DNA of 64,000 nucleotides from Bdellovibrionales bacterium (GCA_965262715.1 OZ253553.1:1184001-1248000); one strand, 5' to 3'; shown: positions 44,630 through 56,560, counted from the first letter of the stretch. Numbers and translations are program-made. The notes: generated by a model from the letters alone, not told the origin.

Positions 44630-46032
44630 ATTTTTGTTTTAGTTAGAGTTATAAAACTTTTAATATCTATAACTCTCGATTTGGTTTCCTGTTTAATTTT
44701 ATTTAATAAATCAAGATTTCTTATCAGATTTTCCTTCATGCGATGTACATACTTTACTTCTTTTTCAACTAAAAAGAAATACCGGTTTAAACTGGCTGCT
44801 GAACGGCCTAATGTTCCACTTCCTGCAAAAGGATCAAATATTAAATCATTCACAAAAGAATAATACTTAATAATCCTATCACATAATTGCAAAGGAAATA
44901 CTGCACTATGAACTTTATCAAATGTGGGATCAATATACCAAATATTTGTTGTTTCATATTTACCTAACACTTTACTTTCTTCTACTTTGTTTCGATTATA
45001 TTGGTGCATGTTCCAGTCAATTAATTTATCTGTTTTTTTCCTATAAACCATTACTATTTCTGAGATAGCATTTGGTTTATAGCCTAGTGGCTTTCGATGT
45101 TGTAAAAATCCTGCATTTCTATTTTTTACACTAGCTTCTGGTTTAACCCATACAATATCATCAATGAATTCCCATCCCATTTTGACTAATAATGGATGAA
45201 TATCATAAGGAATAGGATATCTTTTACTTGCATAAGCACGGCTAAGTCTTGGAATAATAATGGGTGAAGTATTTAGAATAAAAAATCGACCTTCTTTAGT
45301 CACTCGATGTACTTGTTTAAAAACATCTTCTAAAAATTTTAAATATTCATCATAACTTTGATAAATTGAATAATCCCTCGCATTATAATAAGGTGGTGAA
45401 GTAAAAGTCAGGTGGATGGATTCATCAGGTACATATTTCAATGTTTCTATGACATCGCCTTGCACAACTGTATTTTTAAGATAGCTTAAACATTCATCGT
45501 GCTTTTTGCTATTTTTCAATCTATGTTTTGTCCCATTTATTTCTCTGCTAATGATCTCTCTAATTAATTCATTTGGATGTTCTTGCAATTCTAAAATCTT
45601 ACTTCTGACTTGAATATTACTTGAAAAAGCAAAAAGCCCTCTGATAGCTTGCATAACTACTTTTGGATCTTTATCAGATAAGAGCCTCGTTAAAAGAGGA
45701 ATAGTTTTTTCATTCCTTAGTCTTCCAATAGCAGAAACAGCTTCACGTCTAACCTCTGTACTTCCATCTTTTTGAGCAAGATGGGCAAAAGTATCAAGTA
45801 AGGAAATATCGCCAATTTTAGCAAGGTTTTTTGTAGTAAGAGATCTAATCGTTTCATTATTATGAACTAATAAATTGAGTAGTTGTTCTTTATTATATCC
45901 ACTTTTCAGTCGCCCTAACTTCTCTAATCCATAAATAATAGTGCTGTTATTTTGGTTTTGTAAAAAAGACAAAAGAGCCTTTGTGTTACCTTTTAAATCA
46001 TTAATTTGTTTTTTATTAACTGTCTGATACAT
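44626..46032 (-). CDS. HEAT-repeat / N4-N6 DNA methyltransferase fusion
   Basis: N-terminal HEAT-like repeats (EVRREAVSAIGRL, DKDPKVVMQAIRGL); TSPPY, HSAVFP, DPFAGSGT. Confidence 0.85.
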   Translation of the reverse strand: MYQTVNKKQINDLKGNTKALLSFLQNQNNSTIIYGLEKLGRLKSGYNKEQLLNLLVHNNETIRSLTTKNLAKIGDISLLDTFAHLAQKDGSTEVRREAVSAIGRLRNEKTIPLLTRLLSDKDPKVVMQAIRGLFAFSSNIQVRSKILELQEHPNELIREIISREINGTKHRLKNSKKHDECLSYLKNTVVQGDVIETLKYVPDESIHLTFTSPPYYNARDYSIYQSYDEYLKFLEDVFKQVHRVTKEGRFFILNTSPIIIPRLSRAYASKRYPIPYDIHPLLVKMGWEFIDDIVWVKPEASVKNRNAGFLQHRKPLGYKPNAISEIVMVYRKKTDKLIDWNMHQYNRNKVEESKVLGKYETTNIWYIDPTFDKVHSAVFPLQLCDRIIKYYSFVNDLIFDPFAGSGTLGRSAASLNRYFFLVEKEVKYVHRMKENLIRNLDLLNKIKQETKSRVIDIKSFITLTKTKI

Positions 46033-46107
46033 TTTAAAAACCCATTTTTATAATATACTTAACTCTTTTTTTATTTCTATAAAGATGTGTATCTTCTCGT
46101 AAGATAA

Positions 46108-46329
46108 TCATTTTTTACGATAAACTCCTGTTCTTACTTTTTCTAAAAATCCTTCTTCACAAAGAGTTCTTATAGCTCTACCAGGGTCTCTAAGTGGTTT
46201 ACCCGTTCTTTTCTTATATTCTTCTGTAGCCCAATCCGCGACTGTAGAAGTTTCTATATTCTCTTTTGGTCTTATTTCAAAAAACTCCTTAATCAATTCA
46301 GGTTGTGTAATAGTATTCGTTTTTATCAT
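46108..46329 (-). CDS. Small winged-helix protein, possibly the truncated N-terminus of a nuclease
   Basis: RDPGRAIRTLCEEGFLEKVRTGVYR wHTH ending abruptly. Confidence 0.5.
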   Translation of the reverse strand: MIKTNTITQPELIKEFFEIRPKENIETSTVADWATEEYKKRTGKPLRDPGRAIRTLCEEGFLEKVRTGVYRKK

Positions 46330-46337
46330 AACTTACC

Positions 46338-47186
46338 TTAATAAGTACTTGCTTCTTTTTTTAGTCTATCAACCGCTACTTTGCAATAAGCTTTATCCAT
46401 CTCCACTCCAATACCTTTTCTATTATACATACTAGAAGCTATCAATGTTGAACCACTGCCCATAAACGGGTCTAAAACTGTATCACCTACAAAACTAAAT
46501 AATTTTATACACCTCTTTGGCAGCTCTACTGGAAAAGCTGCTGGATGTCCTCCGGCACCTTTTTTGCTCTGCCCTGAAAAAGTCCAAACACCATTCGTCC
46601 AATCCATAAACTCCTGTCTGGTGATATCATTCTCTTTCTTTTCTTTCTTCTTCCATTGATTCTTATACAGAACAACAATGACCTCAACAGGAGCAATCAC
46701 ATAAGGGGCAGAAGCTGACATCCAAGAACCCCAAGCTGTCCTTCGAGAGATATTCCCTTCATTCCATATAATCGTAGAGTGATACTGCCATCCGACTTGC
46801 TTTGCTAAAGATGTGATATCAGCACAAACTGACTGCTGGCCTCCCTTATTTTTATCAAGAGGTATATTTAAACATAACCTCCCATCGTCTTTAGCTAAAT
46901 CATAACACTTTGTAAGCCACTTTTTTGTAAACTCCAAATAATCTTCATAAGGTAAAACATCATTGTGTAAATTATAATGGATATCTACATTGTAAGGAGG
47001 TGATGTGATCATTAAATCCACTGATGACTTTGGAAGACTTGTGATTTTAAGAATATCCTCATTGTAAATAGAAGTATGATCACACTCAAAGTAGCACTTT
47101 ATATTTTTTTTCCTTCGTCTAATGGTTTTTATATTTAAAGGATTTTCTAAAATAGCTTCCATATTTTTATTTTCCTTCTGTTTCAC
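46338..47186 (-). CDS. Beta-class N4/N6 DNA methyltransferase
   Basis: TSPPY, HPAAFP, LDPFMGSGST; alternative start at 47162. Confidence 0.92.
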   Translation of the reverse strand: MKQKENKNMEAILENPLNIKTIRRRKKNIKCYFECDHTSIYNEDILKITSLPKSSVDLMITSPPYNVDIHYNLHNDVLPYEDYLEFTKKWLTKCYDLAKDDGRLCLNIPLDKNKGGQQSVCADITSLAKQVGWQYHSTIIWNEGNISRRTAWGSWMSASAPYVIAPVEVIVVLYKNQWKKKEKKENDITRQEFMDWTNGVWTFSGQSKKGAGGHPAAFPVELPKRCIKLFSFVGDTVLDPFMGSGSTLIASSMYNRKGIGVEMDKAYCKVAVDRLKKEASTY

Positions 47187-47370
47187 TCAAAATACACCAG
47201 CCTCTCGAGGCGAACCTCTCGAGGCGAGCCTCTAAAGGCAAGCCTCTGCCTGTTTTCTAGCATTGCCTGCAAAGGCTCTGCGCCTTTGGCAAAATGGGCA
47301 ATGCCTAGAAAATATGTGCATTTTGAGTAGAAAGAATCTCCTCATTATTTAACATCATGTTAAGGAAAAT
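47180..47370 (-). repeat. Structured repeat element, copy at the actC / R-M junction
   Basis: Minus strand ttttccttaacatgatgttaa...actcaaaat...stems...attttgagtgaaac; contains a 14-bp tandem expansion (cctctcgaggcga). Confidence 0.8.
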
Positions 47371-47382
47371 ATAAAATTTCAT

Positions 47383-48720
47383 TTACTTCCCCACATGAAT
47401 CATAGGTTTAATCTCCGACATGGCCACCATAGGCAATACCCGCAAAAATAGCAAGAATAAGGTAAAGAACATTCCAAAGCTACCAATCAATACCCCAAAA
47501 TCGTAAAGTGTCATTTTAAATAAACCCCAATTGGATGGCAAAAAATCTGCATGAAGTGAAGTGACTGTGATCACATATCTTTCAAACCACATACCAATAT
47601 TTACAAAGATGCTGATAATAAACATGGCAGGAATAGATCTGCGAAAAAATTGAAACCAAAAAAACTGAGGTATGATCACATTACAGGAGACCATAATCCA
47701 ATAAGACCACCAATAAGGACCAACTGCTCTGTTAATAAAAGTAAATGTTTCATATTCCACTCCAGAATACCAAGCTATAAAAAATTCTGAAGCATACGCA
47801 TAACCCACCATTAAACCTGTTGTCATAATGATTTTGTTCATCACCTCTAAGTGATCTAAAGTCACATAATGCTTGATCTCTGGAAAACCTATACGGATCA
47901 AACACATCAGTGTGATCACCATAGCAAATCCTGAAAAAATAGCTCCAGCTACAAAATAAGGAGGAAAGATAGTTGTATGCCAGCCAGGAAGATTTGCCAC
48001 AGCAAAATCAAAAGATACAATAGAATGAACAGATAAAACAAGAGGTGTTGAAAGCCCTGCCAGCATCAAATAAGCAGACTCGTAATGCTGCCAATGGCGA
48101 TTTGTTCCCCTCCAACCTAAAGATAAGGGACCATAAATCCACCTTCTAAATTTGTTTTTTGCACGATCCCTCATTGTCGCGATGTCTGGTATCATCCCCA
48201 TATACCAAAACACAAAAGAGATGGTTAAATAAGTTGAAACTGCAAACACATCCCACTCTAAAGGAGATCTAAAGTTCACCCAAAGTGGTCCCCTTTGGTT
48301 AGGATAAGGCAAAAGCCAGTAAGCAAACCAAGGTCTTCCTGTATGAATTAATGGAAAAACTCCTGCACACATTACCGCAAATATAGTCATGGCCTCAGCC
48401 GTTCTATTAATACCTGTTCGCCACTTTTGTCGGAATAAAAATAAAATAGCAGAAATTAAAGTTCCTGCATGGCCAATACCTACCCAAAAAACAAATGTAA
48501 CAATGTCCGTTCCCCAACCTACAGGATGATTGACACCCATCAAACCCATTCCTACACCAATAATAACTCCAATAGTTATAACATATAAAACAAGTAAAAG
48601 CTTGGCAGGAATGAAAAAAGCAAACCAACCCTTACCAGGTAAAGATTCTGGAATAGAACATATATCTTTTGTGATTTGTTGATAGTTTTTATCACCAGTT
48701 ACAAGTATCTTGCGTTTCAT
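47383..48720 (-). CDS. actC: Alternative complex III subunit ActC (NrfD/PsrC family)
   Basis: [44 protein letters not shown]. Confidence 0.95.
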   Translation of the reverse strand: MKRKILVTGDKNYQQITKDICSIPESLPGKGWFAFFIPAKLLLVLYVITIGVIIGVGMGLMGVNHPVGWGTDIVTFVFWVGIGHAGTLISAILFLFRQKWRTGINRTAEAMTIFAVMCAGVFPLIHTGRPWFAYWLLPYPNQRGPLWVNFRSPLEWDVFAVSTYLTISFVFWYMGMIPDIATMRDRAKNKFRRWIYGPLSLGWRGTNRHWQHYESAYLMLAGLSTPLVLSVHSIVSFDFAVANLPGWHTTIFPPYFVAGAIFSGFAMVITLMCLIRIGFPEIKHYVTLDHLEVMNKIIMTTGLMVGYAYASEFFIAWYSGVEYETFTFINRAVGPYWWSYWIMVSCNVIIPQFFWFQFFRRSIPAMFIISIFVNIGMWFERYVITVTSLHADFLPSNWGLFKMTLYDFGVLIGSFGMFFTLFLLFLRVLPMVAMSEIKPMIHVGK

Positions 48721-51700
48721 GCATGATGCCCTTCGCCATTAGACTTTAACTTCTCAGTATTTCTAATCTTGGTTTTATAACGAACCATAGGAATATTGTT
48801 ATATTCTTCTAAAACACTAAAACTCCTCTCATCAGCAAATGCTTTGTTAACTTGACTTTCAGGATCATTTACATCTCCAAATACAATGGCCTGTGTTGGA
48901 CAAGCCTCCTGACAAGCTGTTACAACATCCTCACCTTTAAATGTTCTATCTTCTCTCTTTGCGAGTATTTTGCCCTCTTTGATTCTTTGTACACAAAAAG
49001 TGCATTTTTCCATCACTCCTCGTGAACGCACAGTCACATCTGGATTGTAAGCATTTTTAAGAGAGTCTGCGACTTTAGCATAATTAAACCAATTGAACCT
49101 ACGTACCTTATAAGGACAATTGTTAGAACAATACCTCGTGCCAACACACCGATTGTAGGTCATTTGATTGAGTCCCTCTTCTCCATGTGAAGTGGCAGCG
49201 ACAGGACAAACAGCTTCACAAGATGCGTTTTCACAATGTTGGCAAAGCATAGGTTGAAAAACCACATCAGGATCATTTTCATCTCCTGTGTAATAACGGT
49301 CAATACGAATCCAATGCATCTCCCTGCCTTGAAGAATATATTTTTTTCCAACAGTTGGTACATTGTTTTCCGACTGACAAGCTACCATGCAAGCAGAACA
49401 CCCCGTGCAAGCATTCAAATCAATCGCCATCGCCCAACGATGCCCTTTGTATTCATGCTTAGGGTATAAACTAAATAACTTATGCCTGTGAATATTTACA
49501 GAAGGTGACTTTAAATAATCCTTCAAAGTGGCTTCTACCACTAATTGCCTTCCTAACATACGGTGATGGCCTTGAACACCTGCCAAAGCAGTCCATCCGT
49601 CAACTTTCTCTACAGAAACTTCTAACCCAGAAAAGACATCTTTATCTACAAAAGGATAAGCATTCACTCCTACTTTCTTACCAACTTGTCCTGCTTGCAC
49701 GCGACCATAACCTATAGCAAGTCCTACTGATTGATCGTGAGTCCCAGGAGCTATAAGAATAGGTACAATAGCTTCTGTATTTTTTAATTTCAACCTCGCA
49801 TGCTCTCCATTTTTAGTAAATCCAATCTCCTTTGCCTTGTGAGGTGATATCAAAAGGTAATTGTCCCAAACTACCTTAGTGACAGGATCTGGCAATTCCT
49901 GAAGCCAAGCGTTGTTGGCCATTTGACCATCTCCTAGTGTAGACTTAGCATAAATAGATAACTCCAATCGATCTTTACGGGTTTCAGTAGCTCTAGCTTC
50001 AGCAATATAAGATAAACTCCCTTTTCTAAATGAACGACTGGGATAGCTTCCTGATGAAGTGGTTTGATGAATAGCAAAGCCTTCATGTAAAGTCTTTACC
50101 CAAAAATTTTTAAAGTGTAATGTTCTAATACTGAGGCGACCATTTTTCATTATATCCCTATGGTAAAGTTTCCATTGGTCCTGTAAATAATCGTACCAAA
50201 TAGAGTGAGGAGATATTTCTGGTTGAGATGTTGGAGATTTTTCTTCACCTGATGGCTTAGGAAAGTAAGATGAAAGCTCTCCAGACGGATTGTCTTTTTG
50301 CCATGCTATTAAGTTCTCCTCAAGAGATCGAGTTTGATAAAGAGGACGTATAGTCGGTTGTTGGATAGAGTAAACACCTTTTAACAACTGAGCATCACCC
50401 CATGCCTCCATAGGATGTGATAAGGGAGCTACCCAATCAGAGGTAAGAGAAGTCTCATCTAAATGATGTGTTAAATAAACAATAGTTTTTGCCTTCAAAA
50501 GAGTTTGTTTAACATGAGGAAATGTATAAGTAGGGTTGATGCCAGAAATAATTAATGTTTTTATTTTGTTATTATTTAAATCTTCCTCTAAAGAGTTTAA
50601 GTCTTTATAAGAACCATTATAGGAAGTCATAGAAAAACGAGCATCAATTGTCTTGCCATCGTTTTCTAAAATTGTGTTTAAAAAGTTTGCTGCTATCTGT
50701 AATGCTTTAGCATGACGGGTTCGAGATGTAAGACCACCAGTGACAATTAGAGTTTCACCTCTTTTCTGCCAAAGATCTAAAGCAAGCTGTGAAATAATAG
50801 CAGAATCCACCCCTGCCTTTGAAGATGCAGTAGAAAAATTATTTAAAACAGAAAGAACTTCTTGATCTTGCGCAAAAGAAGAATTTTTATTTTTCACGAC
50901 TATTTCATAAATGAGAGCCATAACTACATTTAAAAATTGTGAAGGCACTGTCCTGATACGTAAATCTGCATTCGCTCCTGTCAAAGAATGTAAAGCTTCA
51001 AAAACAACTAGTTTGTTCATATCAGCATCGGCCTTACGGCCTTTAGAAAACAAATGACTGAACTTTTCAGGAGCCAACCAAGTTCCTAAAAAATCAGCCC
51101 CTATAGAAACAATGATTTTTGCCTTGTCAAAACGAAAAGAAGGTAGCACATCATCACCGAAACTTAAGTTTTGCCCTTCTATCACATCATCTGCTCCCAT
51201 AACATCACACAAATAATGTTTTGCAGAAAAATGATCTGTGAAACTTCGTATAAGCCTATTTGTTGAAGGTGAAGAAATACTACCTGTCAAAAGACCAACA
51301 GACCCTTCTTTAATAGAAGACATAACAGCTTCATCTAACTTCTCCCATGTTGTTGCTCTTGCTGGTTTGCCTCTTCCCCCCTGATGAGGTGATTGCAGTC
51401 TGTCAGGGTCATATAAATTTAAAATGTGAGCCTGAGCCTGTACAGATGTACCACTATAACCATCTGGAAAATGAGAGTTACCTTTAAGGTAAATAGGACG
51501 TCCTTCCCTCGCTTTAACAACAATACTTTGTCCCTGACCTCCAAATGTAAAAGTCGAAGAGTAATAGTTTGCAATACCTGGCTCAATCTCCTCTGGCCTA
51601 TTTGCATAAGGAACAATTTTTTCAACAGGACGGCGAATACAGCTCATAGAAGTTAAAGCCAAACTCGCACCCATTAACTTTAAAAAATCTCGCCTTTCAA

Positions 51701-51959
51701 TAGAGTCTTCCCTTATTGAAAAAGGATTTGAATAAAACTCATCATTTGCTTTTTTATCTGATGAATCCAAATTTTCTAAATTTTCCCAATAAGGCTTCGG
51801 CTGTTTAACTACCTGATTGCCAGATTGCCCGCCTACTGGACTGACGGATTGCCCGTTTGCCGGCTTGCCCGACTGCTGGGTTTTTTGAGCTTGAAACTTG
51901 TTAGTTGTTTGTTTTTCCACTTTCATTTTATCCCTCTTTAATAATGGCACGTTCCACAA
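48717..51959 (-). CDS. actB: Alternative complex III subunit ActB (molybdopterin-like + Fe-S domains, Tat signal)
   Basis: RRDFLK Tat motif; [35 protein letters not shown]. Confidence 0.95.
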   Translation of the reverse strand: MWNVPLLKRDKMKVEKQTTNKFQAQKTQQSGKPANGQSVSPVGGQSGNQVVKQPKPYWENLENLDSSDKKANDEFYSNPFSIREDSIERRDFLKLMGASLALTSMSCIRRPVEKIVPYANRPEEIEPGIANYYSSTFTFGGQGQSIVVKAREGRPIYLKGNSHFPDGYSGTSVQAQAHILNLYDPDRLQSPHQGGRGKPARATTWEKLDEAVMSSIKEGSVGLLTGSISSPSTNRLIRSFTDHFSAKHYLCDVMGADDVIEGQNLSFGDDVLPSFRFDKAKIIVSIGADFLGTWLAPEKFSHLFSKGRKADADMNKLVVFEALHSLTGANADLRIRTVPSQFLNVVMALIYEIVVKNKNSSFAQDQEVLSVLNNFSTASSKAGVDSAIISQLALDLWQKRGETLIVTGGLTSRTRHAKALQIAANFLNTILENDGKTIDARFSMTSYNGSYKDLNSLEEDLNNNKIKTLIISGINPTYTFPHVKQTLLKAKTIVYLTHHLDETSLTSDWVAPLSHPMEAWGDAQLLKGVYSIQQPTIRPLYQTRSLEENLIAWQKDNPSGELSSYFPKPSGEEKSPTSQPEISPHSIWYDYLQDQWKLYHRDIMKNGRLSIRTLHFKNFWVKTLHEGFAIHQTTSSGSYPSRSFRKGSLSYIAEARATETRKDRLELSIYAKSTLGDGQMANNAWLQELPDPVTKVVWDNYLLISPHKAKEIGFTKNGEHARLKLKNTEAIVPILIAPGTHDQSVGLAIGYGRVQAGQVGKKVGVNAYPFVDKDVFSGLEVSVEKVDGWTALAGVQGHHRMLGRQLVVEATLKDYLKSPSVNIHRHKLFSLYPKHEYKGHRWAMAIDLNACTGCSACMVACQSENNVPTVGKKYILQGREMHWIRIDRYYTGDENDPDVVFQPMLCQHCENASCEAVCPVAATSHGEEGLNQMTYNRCVGTRYCSNNCPYKVRRFNWFNYAKVADSLKNAYNPDVTVRSRGVMEKCTFCVQRIKEGKILAKREDRTFKGEDVVTACQEACPTQAIVFGDVNDPESQVNKAFADERSFSVLEEYNNIPMVRYKTKIRNTEKLKSNGEGHHA

Positions 51960-52567
51960 CTTGTGGGGGCTTCTTTTAATACCTGTTCGAGGGATTCTTT
52001 CTCATCCCAATTAAAGTCATGCGCTTCTTTAGGGTCTCTATGACAATTTATACACCAACCCATAGACAAACTAGAGTGTTGATAAACCTCTTGCATCTCC
52101 TCTATTGGCCCATGGCATTTTTGACAGCTCACTCCAGCAGATACATGAGCCTGATGGTTGAACATCACAAAATCAGGTAACAAGTGGACCTTTAACCATG
52201 GAATAGAATAACCTGCATTATAAGCTTTTGTAAGTCTTTGAATAGATGGCTTATCAATAGCCACATTTTTATGACAGTTCATGCACATATTTAAACTGGG
52301 AACAGTCGCAAATCGATTATTTTCAGCTTGTACATGACAGTGCAAACAAGGTATCTGATATTTGCCAGCATGCAAAGAATGATCAAATGCTAGAGGCTGC
52401 TCTGGCTGATAACCATCATTATAACCTAGAGGGTATTCTGAACGAAAAAAACCACTAAGCAAAACCCATAAAAAGCTTAAAAGCACAAAAATTAAGACTA
52501 AGCCAATCAATAAACGAATAGAACGTAGAGCTACAGAGCTATTTCCCCCTAATACTCTTTTTAGCAT
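51938..52567 (-). CDS. actA: Alternative complex III subunit ActA (pentaheme cytochrome c)
   Basis: Five CxxCH motifs, PEQPLAFDHSLHAG. Confidence 0.95.
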   Translation of the reverse strand: MLKRVLGGNSSVALRSIRLLIGLVLIFVLLSFLWVLLSGFFRSEYPLGYNDGYQPEQPLAFDHSLHAGKYQIPCLHCHVQAENNRFATVPSLNMCMNCHKNVAIDKPSIQRLTKAYNAGYSIPWLKVHLLPDFVMFNHQAHVSAGVSCQKCHGPIEEMQEVYQHSSLSMGWCINCHRDPKEAHDFNWDEKESLEQVLKEAPTSCGTCHY

Positions 52568-52975
52568 TCCAATTTCTCCACAACTTGACTCTTAATAAGA
52601 TATTTTTACTTTTAGTATTAGTAATAAATGAACTCTATCATAAGTCAACTTAAGTTGTCATGGACCTACAAAATTTGTCAATGACTGATCGATCCCTAAC
52701 TGAAACGTATCAAGGAAATCAAAAATAGCCTCAAAATGTTCATCTAAATCGAGTTTAGCTTGTCCGCGGTAAAAATAAGCACTAGCATATTCTGGATTGA
52801 TTTCTATAGCCTTATCAAACTCATTGACGTGTTACCTCAGAATAAAAAGAAGGCCAAAATGTTTATGGATATGCTAAGCATTACAGAATTAGTAAGATGC
52901 TATGATGACCGATATGATGGTGTCAGAGACATGTTTAAAGGAAAAATAGATCATATCGCCCTATGAAGTTAAAGG

Positions 52976-54484
52976 TCATTTGGAATGAAATTTCTTGAAA
53001 AGGTCATACATTTTTCGATTACGAAATTCTAAAAACCTAGAGACATACGTCATGTCTCCTACAAACTCACCGAACTTGAAGTCTTTCAACTTCCAGTCTT
53101 CGTCATCACAAGGTTTTAATTTCAATGGAGGTGGTAGTATCCGGCACACATCACCATATATCTTAAAAGCCTTTCTTTGAAGGAGTGTGCGTAATCTGTG
53201 ATTGTGGTCCGTAGGCCTCAGAAAATCTTTTGGTACATATACGGTATTTGTAGGGCTGGTGAATAACCCAAAAAGCTTTGGATCATTTTTAAGGCCTTCA
53301 CAACCTTCTATTTCTTCTTTCCACCGGTTTTTGTTCTTGCCTGTCTTGTGGTCGAAGAGATGTGCAAGCTGGTAGCCTTCAGGCCCAAGCTTGCGAAATT
53401 CACAACCTGTGAATACAAAAGCCCATAAATGCTTTGGAAAAGTATTACCATCAGGATCAAGACAAAGGCAGTCAGGATGCTTCCTGTTTGAATTCTGACG
53501 CTCTTCATTAATACCACGTCTGACTGGAAATGTGCATGGTGAGCCATCCCACAGGTAAATATTAGGATCAACACTGCATTTTCTTAATTTATCAGACCAT
53601 TCATCTTGGTGTTTGCGGTTATCTTCAGTGATCTCATGGATGATTTGAGGATCAAGAAATCGAATAAATGGTGCTACTTCCTTTGCAAGTTTCAAGAGTG
53701 CTTTTTCATTTGGCTGTTCCCATTTTGGCCATTTCTTCTTAGTCCGGTTTTTAGATTTCTTCTTTTTATTAGCTGCCTGTTTATATATGTTCATGTTAAT
53801 GACCTGCCCAGGACCCAGTACTTCCGTACTTTCTGAAACCTTAAACTCACGATAGAGTTTCATGGCTTGTTTTAATGTTGCCGTGCCATTGCGAGTATCA
53901 CCATTAATTGGCACTTTGTGTTTCGGTTGGTTTTTATGCTTCTGATCTTGAGTAGAATATTCCAACAATTCTATCAGATTTTTTAACTTGTCTCTATTGA
54001 AATGATTGTCTAGATTACCTTCGTATTGCTCAACCCGTTTACAATTACTTATACGGCTTTTGATAGTTGTTTCTTTAAAACCTTTCTCAGTTCGCAGCCA
54101 ATTTTCAAAATGTTTCTTATTCATCTTTGATCCTTCTATTTGAACATTTGTTGGTATATGACTACAAAACTTTTTGAGAGTAGGGTTTGTCATTTCTATA
54201 CTTGACTTGACTTTTGCTTTCTTTTTGCTACTTCTAATACTTTCTTTAACAAACTCTTTGCCCCGTTCTGTGAGGGTGCAATATCTTTTGCCCCCTTGAC
54301 GAACATTCGGGGCATTAACAAGACCTTCCCCATGCAACTCATTTAATAGCTTATGAGTCTTCCAATCTTTTGACTTTGTATCTCCTATTTTTTGAGCAAG
54401 ATGCCTTTGGGTTAACTGACCCTCTTGTTGTAAAATGAAACATATTTCAATCTTTTTTAGTAAGTCTCTATAGTCTCTATACAT
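52976..54484 (-). CDS. Multi-domain protein: N-terminal wHTH, helical domain, HNH-like C-terminus (putative defence nuclease)
   Basis: LTQRHLAQKIG...CTLTERGKEF wHTH; YQLAHLFDHK...FTSPTNTVYVP HNH-like; family not confirmed. Confidence 0.55.
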   Translation of the reverse strand: MYRDYRDLLKKIEICFILQQEGQLTQRHLAQKIGDTKSKDWKTHKLLNELHGEGLVNAPNVRQGGKRYCTLTERGKEFVKESIRSSKKKAKVKSSIEMTNPTLKKFCSHIPTNVQIEGSKMNKKHFENWLRTEKGFKETTIKSRISNCKRVEQYEGNLDNHFNRDKLKNLIELLEYSTQDQKHKNQPKHKVPINGDTRNGTATLKQAMKLYREFKVSESTEVLGPGQVINMNIYKQAANKKKKSKNRTKKKWPKWEQPNEKALLKLAKEVAPFIRFLDPQIIHEITEDNRKHQDEWSDKLRKCSVDPNIYLWDGSPCTFPVRRGINEERQNSNRKHPDCLCLDPDGNTFPKHLWAFVFTGCEFRKLGPEGYQLAHLFDHKTGKNKNRWKEEIEGCEGLKNDPKLFGLFTSPTNTVYVPKDFLRPTDHNHRLRTLLQRKAFKIYGDVCRILPPPLKLKPCDDEDWKLKDFKFGEFVGDMTYVSRFLEFRNRKMYDLFKKFHSK

Positions 54485-54702
54485 ATTTATTTCTATTTTC
54501 CTATGATTAATTTGTGAACCTTAAGACTATTGTAACACAAACTTAAAGAATAAAAAAAGAGCCATTCTATGAACATAAATTTATCAAGAGCTATGATAGG
54601 TTTATAAACTCAGGCCAATGCCCTAGGAGTAAAAGATTTTTTAAGAATATTTTAATTCAACATTATTACATAAATACTGGATTTGAATCTATAGCTCTAG
54701 AA

Positions 54703-54862
54703 CCTACAGTAGGCTTTTGATCTAGTTGTGGCAAGCCACCTCAGGCTAGCGGCTCAGGAAATAAAAGATTTAAAAGAGTTTGTATTCTATACATGTATCT
54801 TATAGTTAAAATAATACAAGGCACGGGGGTTGCCTGTTGCTAGTGAGAAAGCCTACTGTAGG
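54703..54862. repeat. Second repeat family, copy 2, within a larger inverted repeat
   Basis: cctacagtaggcttt ... aaagcctactgtagg arms; includes tacaaggcacgggggttgcctgttgctagtga. Confidence 0.7.
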
Positions 54863-54909
54863 CTCTATGAAATGTTTGTGCAACAAGGCTTTTTAATCCT
54901 ATAAGAAAA

Positions 54910-54976
54910 CGTAACTTCAAATCGTAAGTGCAATGTTTTTTGATTTATAGATATTTTTTTTAAAAGTTGTATCATT
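54910..54976 (-). mobile_element. Degenerate solo IS30 right end
   Basis: cgtaacttcaaatcgtaagtgcaat...tttatagatattttt...aaaagttgtatca matches 5102-5163. Confidence 0.85.
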
Positions 54977-55045
54977 CTAATTTGTTTATGAGGAGCTTGC
55001 AAATCAGTAAAAACTCTGCGATTGATGTAAGGTCGGCCCCCTAGG

Positions 55046-56305
55046 TTATCTAGGAAATAAACCTCTCTGTAACATAGCCTTTTGAAATCTTTCGAGAGCA
55101 AGAGCTAAAGCCGCATCCCTTAAAGAGGTTTTGTCCTTTTCAGCATATTCCCATGTTCTATCAAACGCAGATGTGATAATAATTTGTAATTTATCATTAA
55201 TCTCTTCAATGCTCCAAAAATAGGAAGCAATGCCTTGAACCCATTCGAAGTAAGAAACAATCACACCTCCACCATTTGCTAAGATATCAGGTATTATATA
55301 TATGCCCTTGGAATTAAGAATGACATCAGCCTCTTTTGTCGTAGGACCATTAGCTCCTTCTACTATAACTTTTGCCTGAATATCATTCGCATTACCCTCA
55401 TGAACAACCCGATCAAGCGCAGCCAACAGTAAAGCATCGCATTTAAGTTTTAAAAGTTCTACATTAGAAATAGCTTGAACATCTGGAAAACTTGATAGAC
55501 TCCTGTACTTTTGGTAGTGTTCTATGAGCTGAGGGATATTTAAACCATTACTGTTATAAATACCACCATATTCATCACTCACTGCAACGACATTCATGTT
55601 TCTTTCAAATGCTGATAAGGCAGCCTGAGAGCCAACATTTCCAAACCCCTGAATGACTAGCTTAAGACCATCACATTTCAAACCTATCTTTTGATATAAC
55701 TTTCTCAAACAATAAATTGTCCCTAGACCAGTGGCGCTTATTCTTCCCAATGATCCTCCAATTTCAAGTGGCTTGCCAGTTACAACTCCAGGGACAGAAA
55801 AACCTTCGCGTTGAGAATAAGTGTCCATAATCCAAGCCATAATTTGCTCGTTGGTTCCTACATCAGGTGCCGGAATATCCTTATCAGGGCCCATAAATTG
55901 ATGCAATTCAGTGGCATATCTTCTTGTCAATGTTTGCAATTCAGCCCTTGACAATGCCTTAGGATCAACTGCGACACCACCCTTAGCTCCACCTAAAGGA
56001 AGACATAAAAGAGCATTTTTAAGTGACATAAGCATAGCAAGAGCTGCTACATCAGTTAAAGTCACAGAAGGATGAAAACGTATGCCACCTTTACAAGGTC
56101 CTAAAGTATGGTTATGTTGTACACGATAGCCATCGAAAACACTGACATGGTTATCATCCATACGTACAGGGATACTTATAATGATCGCCCTTTTTGGTTT
56201 GAGCAGTCGGGTCAAAATATTATTGTCAATATGAATTTTCTTTGCAACATACTCTAAGTTTTGCGCAATATCCTTATACAAGCTGCCTTCTATTATATTC
56301 TTCAT
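55046..56305 (-). CDS. gdhA: Glu/Leu/Phe/Val dehydrogenase (glutamate dehydrogenase)
   Basis: GPCKGGIRFH, GGAKGG, DIPAPDVGT, QGFGNVG, EGANGP, SYFEWVQ. Confidence 0.93.
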   Translation of the reverse strand: MKNIIEGSLYKDIAQNLEYVAKKIHIDNNILTRLLKPKRAIIISIPVRMDDNHVSVFDGYRVQHNHTLGPCKGGIRFHPSVTLTDVAALAMLMSLKNALLCLPLGGAKGGVAVDPKALSRAELQTLTRRYATELHQFMGPDKDIPAPDVGTNEQIMAWIMDTYSQREGFSVPGVVTGKPLEIGGSLGRISATGLGTIYCLRKLYQKIGLKCDGLKLVIQGFGNVGSQAALSAFERNMNVVAVSDEYGGIYNSNGLNIPQLIEHYQKYRSLSSFPDVQAISNVELLKLKCDALLLAALDRVVHEGNANDIQAKVIVEGANGPTTKEADVILNSKGIYIIPDILANGGGVIVSYFEWVQGIASYFWSIEEINDKLQIIITSAFDRTWEYAEKDKTSLRDAALALALERFQKAMLQRGLFPR

Positions 56306-56560
56306 GTCCTACCCCTAAATGTGTTCTTAAAAACTAAGCTGTCCTATCACAGCATCATAAGCCATGTCAATAAAATAGCTATATAATATGTAATAATAAA
56401 TATATTTAAAGATAAAGAAATATGTTTTTTTATATAAATAATGACATGTCTATGATTATTTATATATTTTACTTAACTAAAAATATAATAAGAAATACAT
56501 CTAAAGATACCATAAGGTGGATTATAATTAAAACCACTAAAGTTTTATTAAGAGGCCGGT

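Noticed and set aside
52760..52966. 68-aa ORF between actA and the HNH-like gene
   Set aside because: TTG start, no RBS or motif recognised; cannot be supported
54865..55101. ORFs sharing MIQLLKISIN..LHLRFEVT (also 4940..5164)
   Set aside because: The similarity is translation of the IS30 right-end DNA, not a protein family
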